Source: Candidatus Woesearchaeota archaeon (lineage in GTDB: Archaea; Nanobdellota; Nanobdellia; Pacearchaeales; UBA284). Taken from it: DNA of 64,000 nt. Shown here in pieces: positions 1 through 9,434 of this stretch (position 1 is the stretch's first letter; each line of letters begins with the position of its first letter). The position numbers and the translations under genes were made by a program. The stretch is taken from positions 26,588 through 90,587 of the forward strand of contig CAYNFE010000003.1 of NCBI GenBank assembly GCA_964396475.1, in the 5' to 3' direction. A model generated the notes under the pieces. The model searched no databases. It saw only the letters and a program-made list of their open reading frames with translations, and had not been told where the DNA came from.

Positions 1-67
1 TCTGTTCATCATAGATTAAATTTGTAGAACCGCATTCAGGACATTTTTTAATTTGAGTAGTAGGCAT
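1..67 (-). CDS. tfb: Transcription initiation factor TFB (TFIIB), N-terminal zinc ribbon only; partial, runs off the window
   Basis: Reverse-strand ATG at 65-67. The translation is MPTTQIKKCPECGSTNLIYDEQ. A CPxCG zinc knuckle followed by LIYD is the typical TFB N-terminus. Only 22 aa are visible. Confidence 0.4.
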   Translation of the reverse strand, partial: MPTTQIKKCPECGSTNLIYDEQ

Positions 68-180
68 TTTTGTCACTTAATATAATAACAAAAGTTTTAT
101 AAAACAAAAGAAAAAAACTTTATAAATCTTGTGGTTAAATCTTTTAAATATTTCTATTATCTCTCTAAGAACTGCAATAT

Positions 181-552
181 CTAGTCAATAAGAACAGCCT
201 GAATACAACCCTCTTGGCCTGGTCTATTTGTAATCCTAGCTTTTCCAGCTTCAGTATCTATTATTGCTCCTTTCATTAAAATGTTTCTTCTAGCAAGGAA
301 CTTATTACTAGGAACTTCAACGACATTTTTAATCTTGACAACTTTGGCTTTTTGTGTTTTTGAATCTATTAAATTTGCTTTATCTATACTTAATAAGACT
401 GTCTTTATTCTGCCACCCATTGTCCTTATTTTTTTCTTTTTTTCTTTTCCAAGTAAAACTGGTCTTGGTTTTGGTTTCATTTCATATGATTTTTTCTTTC
501 TTCTTTTTTTATATCTGCCACCAGTTATTTTTTTTCCTCGTCTAGTTACCAT
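181..552 (-). CDS. rps8e: 30S ribosomal protein S8e
   Basis: 123 aa. Motifs GKKITGG, KIRTMGG and FLARRNILMKGAIIDTEAGKARITNRPGQEG align with archaeal S8e. Confidence 0.95.
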   Translation of the reverse strand: MVTRRGKKITGGRYKKRRKKKSYEMKPKPRPVLLGKEKKKKIRTMGGRIKTVLLSIDKANLIDSKTQKAKVVKIKNVVEVPSNKFLARRNILMKGAIIDTEAGKARITNRPGQEGCIQAVLID

Positions 553-667
553 GAAAAATTAAACATACAGATTATTTAAATAACTTTCCTTTTTTCTTAT
601 TTTCGTCGGAGAAAATAACAAAACATTTAAAAACTTGGGATGTAAGAAATTAACATACAAGGATAAA

Positions 668-916
668 ATGGTTAACGGAGTAGAAAGACCTTTGGATTTA
701 TTGAATCAATCAAAAGGAAAAGAAATACTAGTACATCTAGAGAACGGAAGTCAAATCGTGGGAAAGTTACTTGCCTTTGACATCCATATAAATATTGTTC
801 TGGATAATACAAAAGAATTGGAAAAGGGAGAAATCAAGAGAAATATAGGTCTAGCTTTTATCAGAGGAAACACAATTACATATATTTCGCCAGCTCCATC
901 AGTTGGATCTTCTTAA
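668..916 (+). CDS. Sm-like (LSm) archaeal RNA-binding protein
   Basis: Sm1/Sm2 pattern: ILVHLENGSQIVGKLLAFDIHINIVLDN ... IRGNTITYI. I prefer the ATG at 668 (AGGA upstream) over the TTG at 635 used by the ORF track. Confidence 0.88.
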   Translation: MVNGVERPLDLLNQSKGKEILVHLENGSQIVGKLLAFDIHINIVLDNTKELEKGEIKRNIGLAFIRGNTITYISPAPSVGSS

Positions 917-980
917 AATTTAGTTTTTGTTTGATTTTTTCTCGATAGCTTTAAAAGTATTTGATAATTCTAAAATATAT

Positions 981-1064
981 GCGGGGGTGCCGGAGTGGTC
1001 AAACGGGCCAGGCTTAGGACCTGGTGGCTTAGTGTCTACGCAGGTTCGAATCCTGTCCCCCGCA
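981..1064 (+). tRNA. tRNA-Leu (anticodon TAG)
   Basis: Acceptor GCGGGGG/CCCCCGC, anticodon arm CCAGG-CTTAGGA-CCTGG, long variable arm, T-loop GGTTCGAATCC. No encoded CCA. Confidence 0.9.
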
Positions 1065-1170
1065 TATTTTTACATAATCTTATATTGTAACCACTGATAA
1101 AAGACAACAGAACGAAAGATTTATAAAGGTCTTTTTCTTATAAAAAATATCGAGGTGTAACAAATAAAAA

Positions 1171-1602
1171 ATGATTAATAAAAAAATCAAGAGACCTTTG
1201 ACATACCTAGCAATTCTATCAGCTTTAGGAGCTTCTGTAATAGGTTGTAGTAAAAAATCTCCCTTAGAAAAAGAGATAGAAACTTATGATCAAAAAATAG
1301 AACTAGAAGAAGCAAAAGCAAGATTTGAAACAGCAAAAAAAGGATATGAAGAAGAAGTGACAGACAGAGCAATATCACAGATTAAAAAAACTGGAGAAAT
1401 AAAAGATGCTGTCTATGAACATATTATTCTAAATTCTGAAGAGATAATGCAAGATATTCTGGAAAGAAGGGGATGTCAAAAACAACAGCCAATAATCTAC
1501 TATGGCGGTGGACCACAAACACCAAAAACACCAAGTGGTGGACAAACAGAATACTGGTATCCTAAGGTTCCTGACAACGGAACACCTGGAACAGATTACT
1601 AA
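1171..1602 (+). CDS. Putative secreted lipoprotein, function unknown
   Basis: N-terminal signal peptide with a lipobox-like LGASVIGC. Charged coiled-coil middle and a G/P-rich C-terminus. Confidence 0.6.
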   Translation: MINKKIKRPLTYLAILSALGASVIGCSKKSPLEKEIETYDQKIELEEAKARFETAKKGYEEEVTDRAISQIKKTGEIKDAVYEHIILNSEEIMQDILERRGCQKQQPIIYYGGGPQTPKTPSGGQTEYWYPKVPDNGTPGTDY

Positions 1603-1636
1603 AGAATATATTTTTTAATTTCTTTTTTTATTTTTA

Positions 1637-4600
1637 TTATTCTAGATCTTTTATTCTCACTAATGTAAATTTTACATCAGGATCATCTAAATATCTTCCA
1701 ATAGGAGAATAACATAACTGACCATCATAATTTTTAGTGCTTTCCTTATTCATTGGATCAGATCCAGGACAGACAGCACTAGCATAAGCTACTGTATCTG
1801 TCTTATCAAAAATTTTGTTGGAATTAGAATCATCATATACAATAAATGTATGTGTATAGTATCCTCCGTCCTTTATCTTCCACATTAATATAATATCTCC
1901 AACCTCAACTTGATTATCTTTTCCAAACAAAAGATTGAAAATATAATTTAAGTCTCTTTTTTCTAGATTATGTTTAATTGAACCATAATTGTTTACAAAA
2001 TAATCAAAATCATTGTAAAGATATGTTTTGCCAGTAGTCTTACTTAAAGATCCAATCATTAAATCAAGACAGTCTATAGCAATAAAATTTTCTGTTAAAT
2101 GTTCTTGCTCTGAACCATAATAACTACAGCCATAAGCAAAAGGAACATTCTTGAAAGCCTCCATTGTTGAGATAAACCTGCATCTCTTGTCATTAGGATT
2201 ATAGCCTAAGCTTGCACAAGTGGTTTCAGCATAATTTGATCTTCTGCTTATTCTATGAACTTCTTTGCTTATACTGAAATGTTCAACAGAATCTGGCTCT
2301 AATAATGTATACCAATTGCTCTCATACTTATCAAAATTTACTCCAGGATACTTAGTTTCATATTTTGTTTTATCATCTTCAAAACCTAAATTCGCTGACT
2401 TTCCAAGAGAAGAGAAAGTATATCCTTCAATTATAAATTCAACCCTATACCAATAAGTTCCAGTGCTTTTGTCAATACTTATACACCAGTCATCTCCTAT
2501 CTGTCTCTGTTCATACTGTAAAAGATCTTTTTTTCCTGATTCTTTGGCTAATAACTCATAAGTTAATCCAGCTCCGTTATATGCTGGTTGATATAAGGGA
2601 ACTATATTATACCATTTAAATTCTGGTAGTGAGCCATCATATTTCTGAATATTCCCAAATGCATTCTTCGAATAAAGATTTCCTTGAGCATCTTTAACAA
2701 CAGCACAGAGTGAAACTGTATCTTCATAATAGACTAGTTTATTCTCAGGAGTGAAAGGGCCATTATTTACACTAGAATATATCAAAATTTCTTGAACTGA
2801 CAATGAGGGACCAATTTCCCCTAACTTATTATTAATTTGAGAAAGCCATATACTGAATTTTGAACTACTTAACCTGTCTTTATTATTTTCTATCAAACTT
2901 TTCAATTCTCTAATCTCACTTACTGTCATAGAATCTAATCTAGCTATTTTTTCTTCTACAAGAGCGTCAGTTATGCTATAACATTTTCCATCTGCACTCC
3001 ATAAGCAATCTAAACCACAATTATTCTGCTCGCAGTCAGATTTTGTCTTGAATATCAAATCATCTACACCAATCCAATTAGCTCCAAACCATCTATCTAT
3101 ACCCTCACACTTATCAGGACAAGGCAGGCATTTACTCTTATAGCTGTTCCACCAACAACTTCCTTTTATCATATTACACTGTTCTTTTCCTAAGCCTTTA
3201 CAATTCTCAAGAAATACGTCAACAATATTATTACAGTATTCATCAGAAGGTTTGCAACCACCATATTTTATGCTATATTTTTGATTTTCAGGATAACTTA
3301 CAGAATCTGTTTGAGCATTGCTACCAGGATTTACTTTTGCTTTGATCTCTGATGAGAAAAAACATAAAGGATGTTGACCAGTATCTCCTCTCCAAACATC
3401 AGCTTCAGAAACATAAACTTTTAAATCAAGATGGTCTCCTGTGGATTTACCTGTAGAACCTACTTCCCCTATTTTTTGTCCCCCTCTAACACTATCACCA
3501 ACTTTTACATCTATTCTGCTTAGATGATGATAGCCAGTATAAAGATTATTAGAATGCTTGATGACAATTCCATTCCCAAAACCACCATTACATTTTTCAT
3601 CTCCTCTAATACATATGCTCACAGCCCTGATAATTTCTCCATTTCCAACAGCTAAAACACTATCCCCTCTAACTGCATTAATATCTATTCCATCAGTATA
3701 ATCTGGGCTTCCTCTTAAAGTACGCCAACCAAAACATGAACTAAGTACATATTTATTCTCTACTGGCCAGACTTCAAAAAAAGTTTTGACAAAAGTTTTC
3801 TCTTTTTCTTTTTCCTCAGGAAGTATACAACACACTCTTCCTTCTTTTTGGTCAATGAATACACCCCCCTCTATTATTCCATTATCTGTAAAGCACTCTT
3901 GTTGTGTTATCCAGACTCCAGGACAGCTTTCCCTTTCTCTCTCAGTTTCATAAATTCCTAACTGTGCATAAAGTCTGGCTCTTAAATCTAAAACTTGTGA
4001 AAGACCATAATCAGCTCTTGCCTTTTCATCGCTTCTTACACATAATTTGCTTATCTCTCTTAATTCTGAAACAAGCTGTTGAATATTATTCTTATCTATA
4101 TCCTCAATCTTTTTCTCAAGACTTGCTTTCCTTGCTCTGTATGATTCAACATCCAAAGCATTAACCTCACTGATAAAATCTGTTACTTTTTGTCTGATAT
4201 CTAAAATCTTTGATTCAGCTGTGATTAATTTACTCTGGCTCTCTTCAAGCTTATCTAAACCATATTTTTCTATAGTATAAGTTATGTCTTTTTCCTCAGC
4301 CTCTGTCATGATATCTTCTCTAATGCCTAAATCACTGACAGCTCCTTCAACACTTCTGGTATCTAACCAGCAACCAACACTAGGAGTATCACAATCACCA
4401 ATCCTCTTCCATCTTCCTGGTTCAGTGTTCTGGCCAGGATTTAGTGTTGAACAAACCCTGATTATACCTCTTCTATATATTGCTGGCTCCATAGCATGCT
4501 CAACAGCTGACTGAATATTTAAAGTGGCAGTAGGAATTATAGTAGGCTTTCCTGAAACACACTCTTTACTTGTGCTTACTTCTTTTGCAGCCTGCTGTTT

Positions 4601-7600
4601 GAGATAATAATTCTGAAGCTCTTCTATTGCGAAATTAGTTGTTGCCTGTCCAAAACCACAAATTTCCTTCTCATTCAGTCTTATACATATTTTTTTGTAA
4701 CCAGATGGCGCTCTGAAGTCTGGTGTATAACTTATGTATTCTCCTGCAGGGATATAACCAAAACCCCCTTGTGCAGGAGGAACAAAATACTGGGAAGGTG
4801 GTTGATAATATCCTGGGGCAGAAGGGTCTGTTAGATATACATTATAATAAACACCCTGATCACGTCCAGCAAAAATATGGAAATAAACTTTATAATGGCT
4901 CTCTGGGCTTCCTCCTCCTAATTCCCTTTCATCAAACCATGCCATTGCCTGTGTAGGACTTTCTGGAGTACTAATCTCTTCCCAGAACTGAGCCTGGGTC
5001 GGATACGCAACACTTGTAAATCTCTTACAGATTTCAGTTCCTATTTGCGCAGTGCTTCTTGCTTTAAATGCTTGTTTAGATGTTTCTCCATAATAATCTG
5101 TGAAATATCTGTAAGAATCTAAACTCTGCTGCCATGATTCACCAAATAAAGCATACTCCCCTCCTCCTCTTCTGGTTAAGGATTCTGTTATAGCTGGAAT
5201 TCCTGCTCTTATAAAAGGATCAAACTGGTGCCAGAAAAATTCACAAATATATATAGACATAATCTCATCACATATTCCTACTGTCTTTCCTGACTCTAAT
5301 TGTTCCTGTAAACAATCACGTCCAGATTGAAGTATTGTTACAAAATTATCCAGACCAGCATGAACTCCTGTCAAGCAGATTGGAACTAAAACACCTCTTC
5401 CATCCTCAAAATTAGGCAGGCATAACATTATGCTTCCTATTACTCCAGAAGCAATCACATTATCAACAGGCATTCTTCCTCCAAAATCACATCTTGAAGG
5501 AGGACACATAACAGGATCACATAAATTAAACATAATTCTACAATCACTTGGAGACATGAAATCTTCACACTGCATTGCTGGTCTAGCTGCAGGCGGCTTT
5601 CCAAGAGTAAATGTTCCGCACTGTCCTGTATCTATCTTTCTCTTGCCTTGAGCATATTCAGCTACAGCATTTCTTGCACAGGTTTTTGCTCTCTCAACTA
5701 TTTTCTGAGAGCCAGCCTCACTTAAAGGAGCTATCTCTGGCTGAACCCCTGTGACTAAAGCAACTTGCGTACAGCAGTCATCTCCTTTTGGCCCCTGACT
5801 ATGATCAAAGTTAGGTGTTCCATCAGGTCCGACATTACATATCCAGAAAACATTTATGTCAGCATTCTCTTTCCATGCAACTAAAGCCCCCTCTAATCCA
5901 GTATATGTTGTTGCCATATACCATCCTGAATTTTTTTCTATAGGCATCAGAGCGACAAATCCTTTATATGGTCCAGACTCCCAAAACTTAATCTCACCTC
6001 TATGAGGGGCTTTAATCTCATTATTATTGCATAAAGTTAAATCAATCTCTTCAATATGTGAAACTCCTAAATCATTTAATTTCCATGTTAATGTTTTTTC
6101 TGTCTCAGCTGTCCATTTTTCAATAACCTCTATATTATCTCCGCCAGTTTTTTTAACAGCATAGAGGGTTTTTATTACAAAATTTCTTTCCCCAGTTGCT
6201 TCAACAATTGCGATATAATAATTTCCTGCGTGATAGAAATAAGAGAATCTTTCCTGCTCTGCTTCCCCGAGGCTTGTAAGTTTAGGGAAATTCTTGATAC
6301 TATAAACAGGAGACTTGATAACTTTACGTTTTTCTGGAACAACAACTACAGCATCTAATCCTAAAACATCTTTTAGTGCTTCCTGGGCTGTTCCTACTTC
6401 AAGAACATCTTTATAGCCTGCCAATTTTCCATAAGCTCCTCTGATTGTTTCCTGACATAAGGCAGAATCTTCTATGTTCTTATCTTTACATTCATCATAT
6501 AGTTCAAGATTCAAATAAAGTTCTTTGACATCATCTTTAAAGAGCTGATTTTTATGATGTAAGAAAGTAATATTACCAACAATCTTTTTAGTGTCAACAG
6601 TTCTGTCTTCTATTTCAGCATATTTTTCTTTTATTAACTCAAAACCTTGTGGAGTCACCTGAGTGATCAATGCATTAATATTCTCATATCTGTTTCCTTG
6701 ATAATATATGGCGCCATCTGCAAGTGTTATCTTCTTGAGCTGTTTCTGTTGTCTGATTGCTCCAATATCTCTAAGTTCAGAAGGAAATGTCCTCTCACTC
6801 TCTTCCATGAACTTTTCTTCATCTATTGCCTTGGATAAACCAAACAAGCCGCCTGATTTTGTTACTCCCTCGCTTTCTTTAACAGACTTGACAAAAGAAT
6901 TAGCCTTATTTAGAGAATCTTTCATCAGACTTATATCCTCATTTATTGCTGATTCTTTTTTTCTATAACAATCTGAAACACTCACTGCTCCAATACTTTT
7001 TCTGTAAGTAGGATCTGCGCAAACCTCTGTCCATTTTTCCATGACATTTTTCCTGGCAAGAGCCTCTCCACCTAAACCAGTAACAAAATTCTTAATCCAT
7101 AATGCATATGCTCCGACATGACAGGCTTTTTTCCAGGCACTAACAACACTTCCTAGTTTATCTCTCACACCACTGACCTGTTCAATATAATTATCTAATT
7201 TATTTATCAACTCTCTTGTCTTTTCAGGAGTTAATTGAATAGCTCTTTTTTCTATTCCAATTTTAACAGAAAAATTTGTGATTGTTTCTCTTTCACGTTC
7301 AAAAGGTAGTACAGTAACTTTAGCCTCTCTCTTTATTAGAGTATCATACAATCTAACTCTTGTCTGATTCAAATATATCAAGCTTCCTATTGCTAAAGTT
7401 TTTGTCTCTCCTGTAGTTACTAGATTTTTAAATACAACACCACTCTCAGTGATATCAGTAATCTGCCATTCGTCGATAATATCATCAATACCATAAGTTC
7501 CTTTTGTTTCATTGACTTCAATTTCAGCTGACTGCATTGCTAGACTTGGTCTTTCTATTGTTATCAACTGAATGAAATAATTACCATTAGGTCTTGAAAA

Positions 7601-9418
7601 AGTAGCGCTGTTCTCCCCCCCAAACATAACTGTTCTTCTTAATTCTTCTCTTGCTTCTTCTACCTCAATAAGAATCTCTGGCTCACTAGAATCAGTATAT
7701 TTATCAATCAACTCTCTTAGAATATCTACTTGGTCAATGTTCTTATGTAACTGGGAGGTAAGATCTGCTGCTGCATGCAAAGCTAGCACACCATAATACA
7801 TACCTTCAGGATGTTGTTTTGTCGAATAAGCATGAGCAACATCACGATAGTGTTGTATAGCATCTTTGTACATCTCTTCAATATCTGCTGGATAAGTAAT
7901 TTGTTCTGGACCAGTCATTTCAACAACTGTCATCTTAATATTATATTTGCCAGCCCTGACCTCTGAGAGAAGGCCTTTTTTCAAAACATAGAACTCCTCT
8001 ACTTGTTTCTCTACTGTAGGATATTTTTTCTTTAGCTCTTTTCTTAAGTTTTCGTTCCATAACTTGTCAGACATTCTTTCAAAAGCAACGCCTCGTTGAG
8101 ACCTGACATAAGAGTAGATAGCCTCACTAACTTTTTCTTTGGCGTTTTTGCTGAGAACACCATTGTCCTTGCCAACAAAAACAATTAAAGTCTCATCTAA
8201 ACCATCTTTAGAATACTCCTTACCTAAAAAACCAACATAGAAATGATTCTTCTTCTCATCCCTCTCTACAATAAATTCAGAACCAACACTGACTCTCTCT
8301 TCTTCTTGGTCTACTTTAATTACAGCCTCAAGATCTCTCAACATCAAGACTTGTTTTGCTTCAGCACCACATCTTATAGTGGCTGTCCCTCCATAAGAAT
8401 AAGGAGATGACTCAATATCATAGACAACACAGCCTGAATCCTGGATCCTCTCTCCTTCTCCTAATAATAATTCATCACCATTAACCAAAAGTCTTGCTCT
8501 TGTTTTTGGAATAGAAATTTCATCTAGTCTTAAATTTACTCCAGCGCCACAATAAAATCCAGGCAACATGATTTCATCTTTTTTTGATGGAGCTAATCCA
8601 ACCCTTAGGTCTTTGATAGCAAAGGGATGGCTTGATGGAGTTGTATAGAGAGCAATCTTTGCGCTGCTCTTGCCAGTAATTTCCTGAAGTCTTAGATACC
8701 CTTTACCTCTCCAGAAACCATAACTCTTATAATTATCAATCCATTCTTCCTGGCTCAACAAAGGCAGAACAAATTGATTCTCATTAATACCATAAGTTCT
8801 TGCAACATCATAAACTATCTTAACAGACATATTAGCAACAACACTCTCTGGCATTTTTGCTTCCACAGGCTGTCTCTTTAAGTGTATCCATAAATAACCA
8901 AGATTGCTCATGGTTGGAGTACCCTCAAAACCAGGCCTTTTCTGGGATTCAGGTGCATAATAACTTAATGCATAGCGAGCTGGAAGAAAAGTGACATAAG
9001 CAATTTCATCTGACTTGTTTTCTACAGCAGGAATAATCCTTTTTATATAAGGAACTTGTATTATTGGATTAATCTTAATGCCAGTCATCTTGCAGAGAAC
9101 AGGGACATCTTGTTCTTCAAGTAAATCAGACCTTACAACAGCTGGAGTGCATGCACCTGGCATAATCTCGACAATAAAATCCATTCCTGTCTTATTGCAG
9201 TAACTGTCTTGCCACTGTCCCTGAGACCAAGGATTGACTTGGGCATTAGGATACAAGTAAGGTGTATTTGGTTCTTGTTGATAATATTCAGGAGGGGGTG
9301 TAGGTTGAGGCAGTTGAGGAATTGGTGGCTGAGAAGATTGTTGAGCAATTACTAAAACAGATAAAATAATTCCAACTATCAAAACTGCCAAAATCAAATT
9401 TATTTTTTTCATTCCCAT
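1637..9418 (-). CDS. Giant secreted or surface Cys-rich protein (2593 aa) with an M23/LytM-like module and a C-terminal NlpC/P60-like cysteine peptidase module
   Basis: Uninterrupted 7.8-kb ORF. Signal/anchor MGMKKINLILAVLIVGIILSVLVIAQQ. M23 motifs DGIDINA, GYHHLS and GDHLDLKV at nt ~3400-3760. NlpC/P60-type PFAYGCSYYG..AIDCLDLMIGSL..GDIILMW..YTHTFIVYD at nt ~1780-2150. Confidence 0.85.
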   Translation of the reverse strand: MGMKKINLILAVLIVGIILSVLVIAQQSSQPPIPQLPQPTPPPEYYQQEPNTPYLYPNAQVNPWSQGQWQDSYCNKTGMDFIVEIMPGACTPAVVRSDLLEEQDVPVLCKMTGIKINPIIQVPYIKRIIPAVENKSDEIAYVTFLPARYALSYYAPESQKRPGFEGTPTMSNLGYLWIHLKRQPVEAKMPESVVANMSVKIVYDVARTYGINENQFVLPLLSQEEWIDNYKSYGFWRGKGYLRLQEITGKSSAKIALYTTPSSHPFAIKDLRVGLAPSKKDEIMLPGFYCGAGVNLRLDEISIPKTRARLLVNGDELLLGEGERIQDSGCVVYDIESSPYSYGGTATIRCGAEAKQVLMLRDLEAVIKVDQEEERVSVGSEFIVERDEKKNHFYVGFLGKEYSKDGLDETLIVFVGKDNGVLSKNAKEKVSEAIYSYVRSQRGVAFERMSDKLWNENLRKELKKKYPTVEKQVEEFYVLKKGLLSEVRAGKYNIKMTVVEMTGPEQITYPADIEEMYKDAIQHYRDVAHAYSTKQHPEGMYYGVLALHAAADLTSQLHKNIDQVDILRELIDKYTDSSEPEILIEVEEAREELRRTVMFGGENSATFSRPNGNYFIQLITIERPSLAMQSAEIEVNETKGTYGIDDIIDEWQITDITESGVVFKNLVTTGETKTLAIGSLIYLNQTRVRLYDTLIKREAKVTVLPFERERETITNFSVKIGIEKRAIQLTPEKTRELINKLDNYIEQVSGVRDKLGSVVSAWKKACHVGAYALWIKNFVTGLGGEALARKNVMEKWTEVCADPTYRKSIGAVSVSDCYRKKESAINEDISLMKDSLNKANSFVKSVKESEGVTKSGGLFGLSKAIDEEKFMEESERTFPSELRDIGAIRQQKQLKKITLADGAIYYQGNRYENINALITQVTPQGFELIKEKYAEIEDRTVDTKKIVGNITFLHHKNQLFKDDVKELYLNLELYDECKDKNIEDSALCQETIRGAYGKLAGYKDVLEVGTAQEALKDVLGLDAVVVVPEKRKVIKSPVYSIKNFPKLTSLGEAEQERFSYFYHAGNYYIAIVEATGERNFVIKTLYAVKKTGGDNIEVIEKWTAETEKTLTWKLNDLGVSHIEEIDLTLCNNNEIKAPHRGEIKFWESGPYKGFVALMPIEKNSGWYMATTYTGLEGALVAWKENADINVFWICNVGPDGTPNFDHSQGPKGDDCCTQVALVTGVQPEIAPLSEAGSQKIVERAKTCARNAVAEYAQGKRKIDTGQCGTFTLGKPPAARPAMQCEDFMSPSDCRIMFNLCDPVMCPPSRCDFGGRMPVDNVIASGVIGSIMLCLPNFEDGRGVLVPICLTGVHAGLDNFVTILQSGRDCLQEQLESGKTVGICDEIMSIYICEFFWHQFDPFIRAGIPAITESLTRRGGGEYALFGESWQQSLDSYRYFTDYYGETSKQAFKARSTAQIGTEICKRFTSVAYPTQAQFWEEISTPESPTQAMAWFDERELGGGSPESHYKVYFHIFAGRDQGVYYNVYLTDPSAPGYYQPPSQYFVPPAQGGFGYIPAGEYISYTPDFRAPSGYKKICIRLNEKEICGFGQATTNFAIEELQNYYLKQQAAKEVSTSKECVSGKPTIIPTATLNIQSAVEHAMEPAIYRRGIIRVCSTLNPGQNTEPGRWKRIGDCDTPSVGCWLDTRSVEGAVSDLGIREDIMTEAEEKDITYTIEKYGLDKLEESQSKLITAESKILDIRQKVTDFISEVNALDVESYRARKASLEKKIEDIDKNNIQQLVSELREISKLCVRSDEKARADYGLSQVLDLRARLYAQLGIYETERERESCPGVWITQQECFTDNGIIEGGVFIDQKEGRVCCILPEEKEKEKTFVKTFFEVWPVENKYVLSSCFGWRTLRGSPDYTDGIDINAVRGDSVLAVGNGEIIRAVSICIRGDEKCNGGFGNGIVIKHSNNLYTGYHHLSRIDVKVGDSVRGGQKIGEVGSTGKSTGDHLDLKVYVSEADVWRGDTGQHPLCFFSSEIKAKVNPGSNAQTDSVSYPENQKYSIKYGGCKPSDEYCNNIVDVFLENCKGLGKEQCNMIKGSCWWNSYKSKCLPCPDKCEGIDRWFGANWIGVDDLIFKTKSDCEQNNCGLDCLWSADGKCYSITDALVEEKIARLDSMTVSEIRELKSLIENNKDRLSSSKFSIWLSQINNKLGEIGPSLSVQEILIYSSVNNGPFTPENKLVYYEDTVSLCAVVKDAQGNLYSKNAFGNIQKYDGSLPEFKWYNIVPLYQPAYNGAGLTYELLAKESGKKDLLQYEQRQIGDDWCISIDKSTGTYWYRVEFIIEGYTFSSLGKSANLGFEDDKTKYETKYPGVNFDKYESNWYTLLEPDSVEHFSISKEVHRISRRSNYAETTCASLGYNPNDKRCRFISTMEAFKNVPFAYGCSYYGSEQEHLTENFIAIDCLDLMIGSLSKTTGKTYLYNDFDYFVNNYGSIKHNLEKRDLNYIFNLLFGKDNQVEVGDIILMWKIKDGGYYTHTFIVYDDSNSNKIFDKTDTVAYASAVCPGSDPMNKESTKNYDGQLCYSPIGRYLDDPDVKFTLVRIKDLE

Positions 9419-9434
9419 ATTTTTTACTTTTTTT

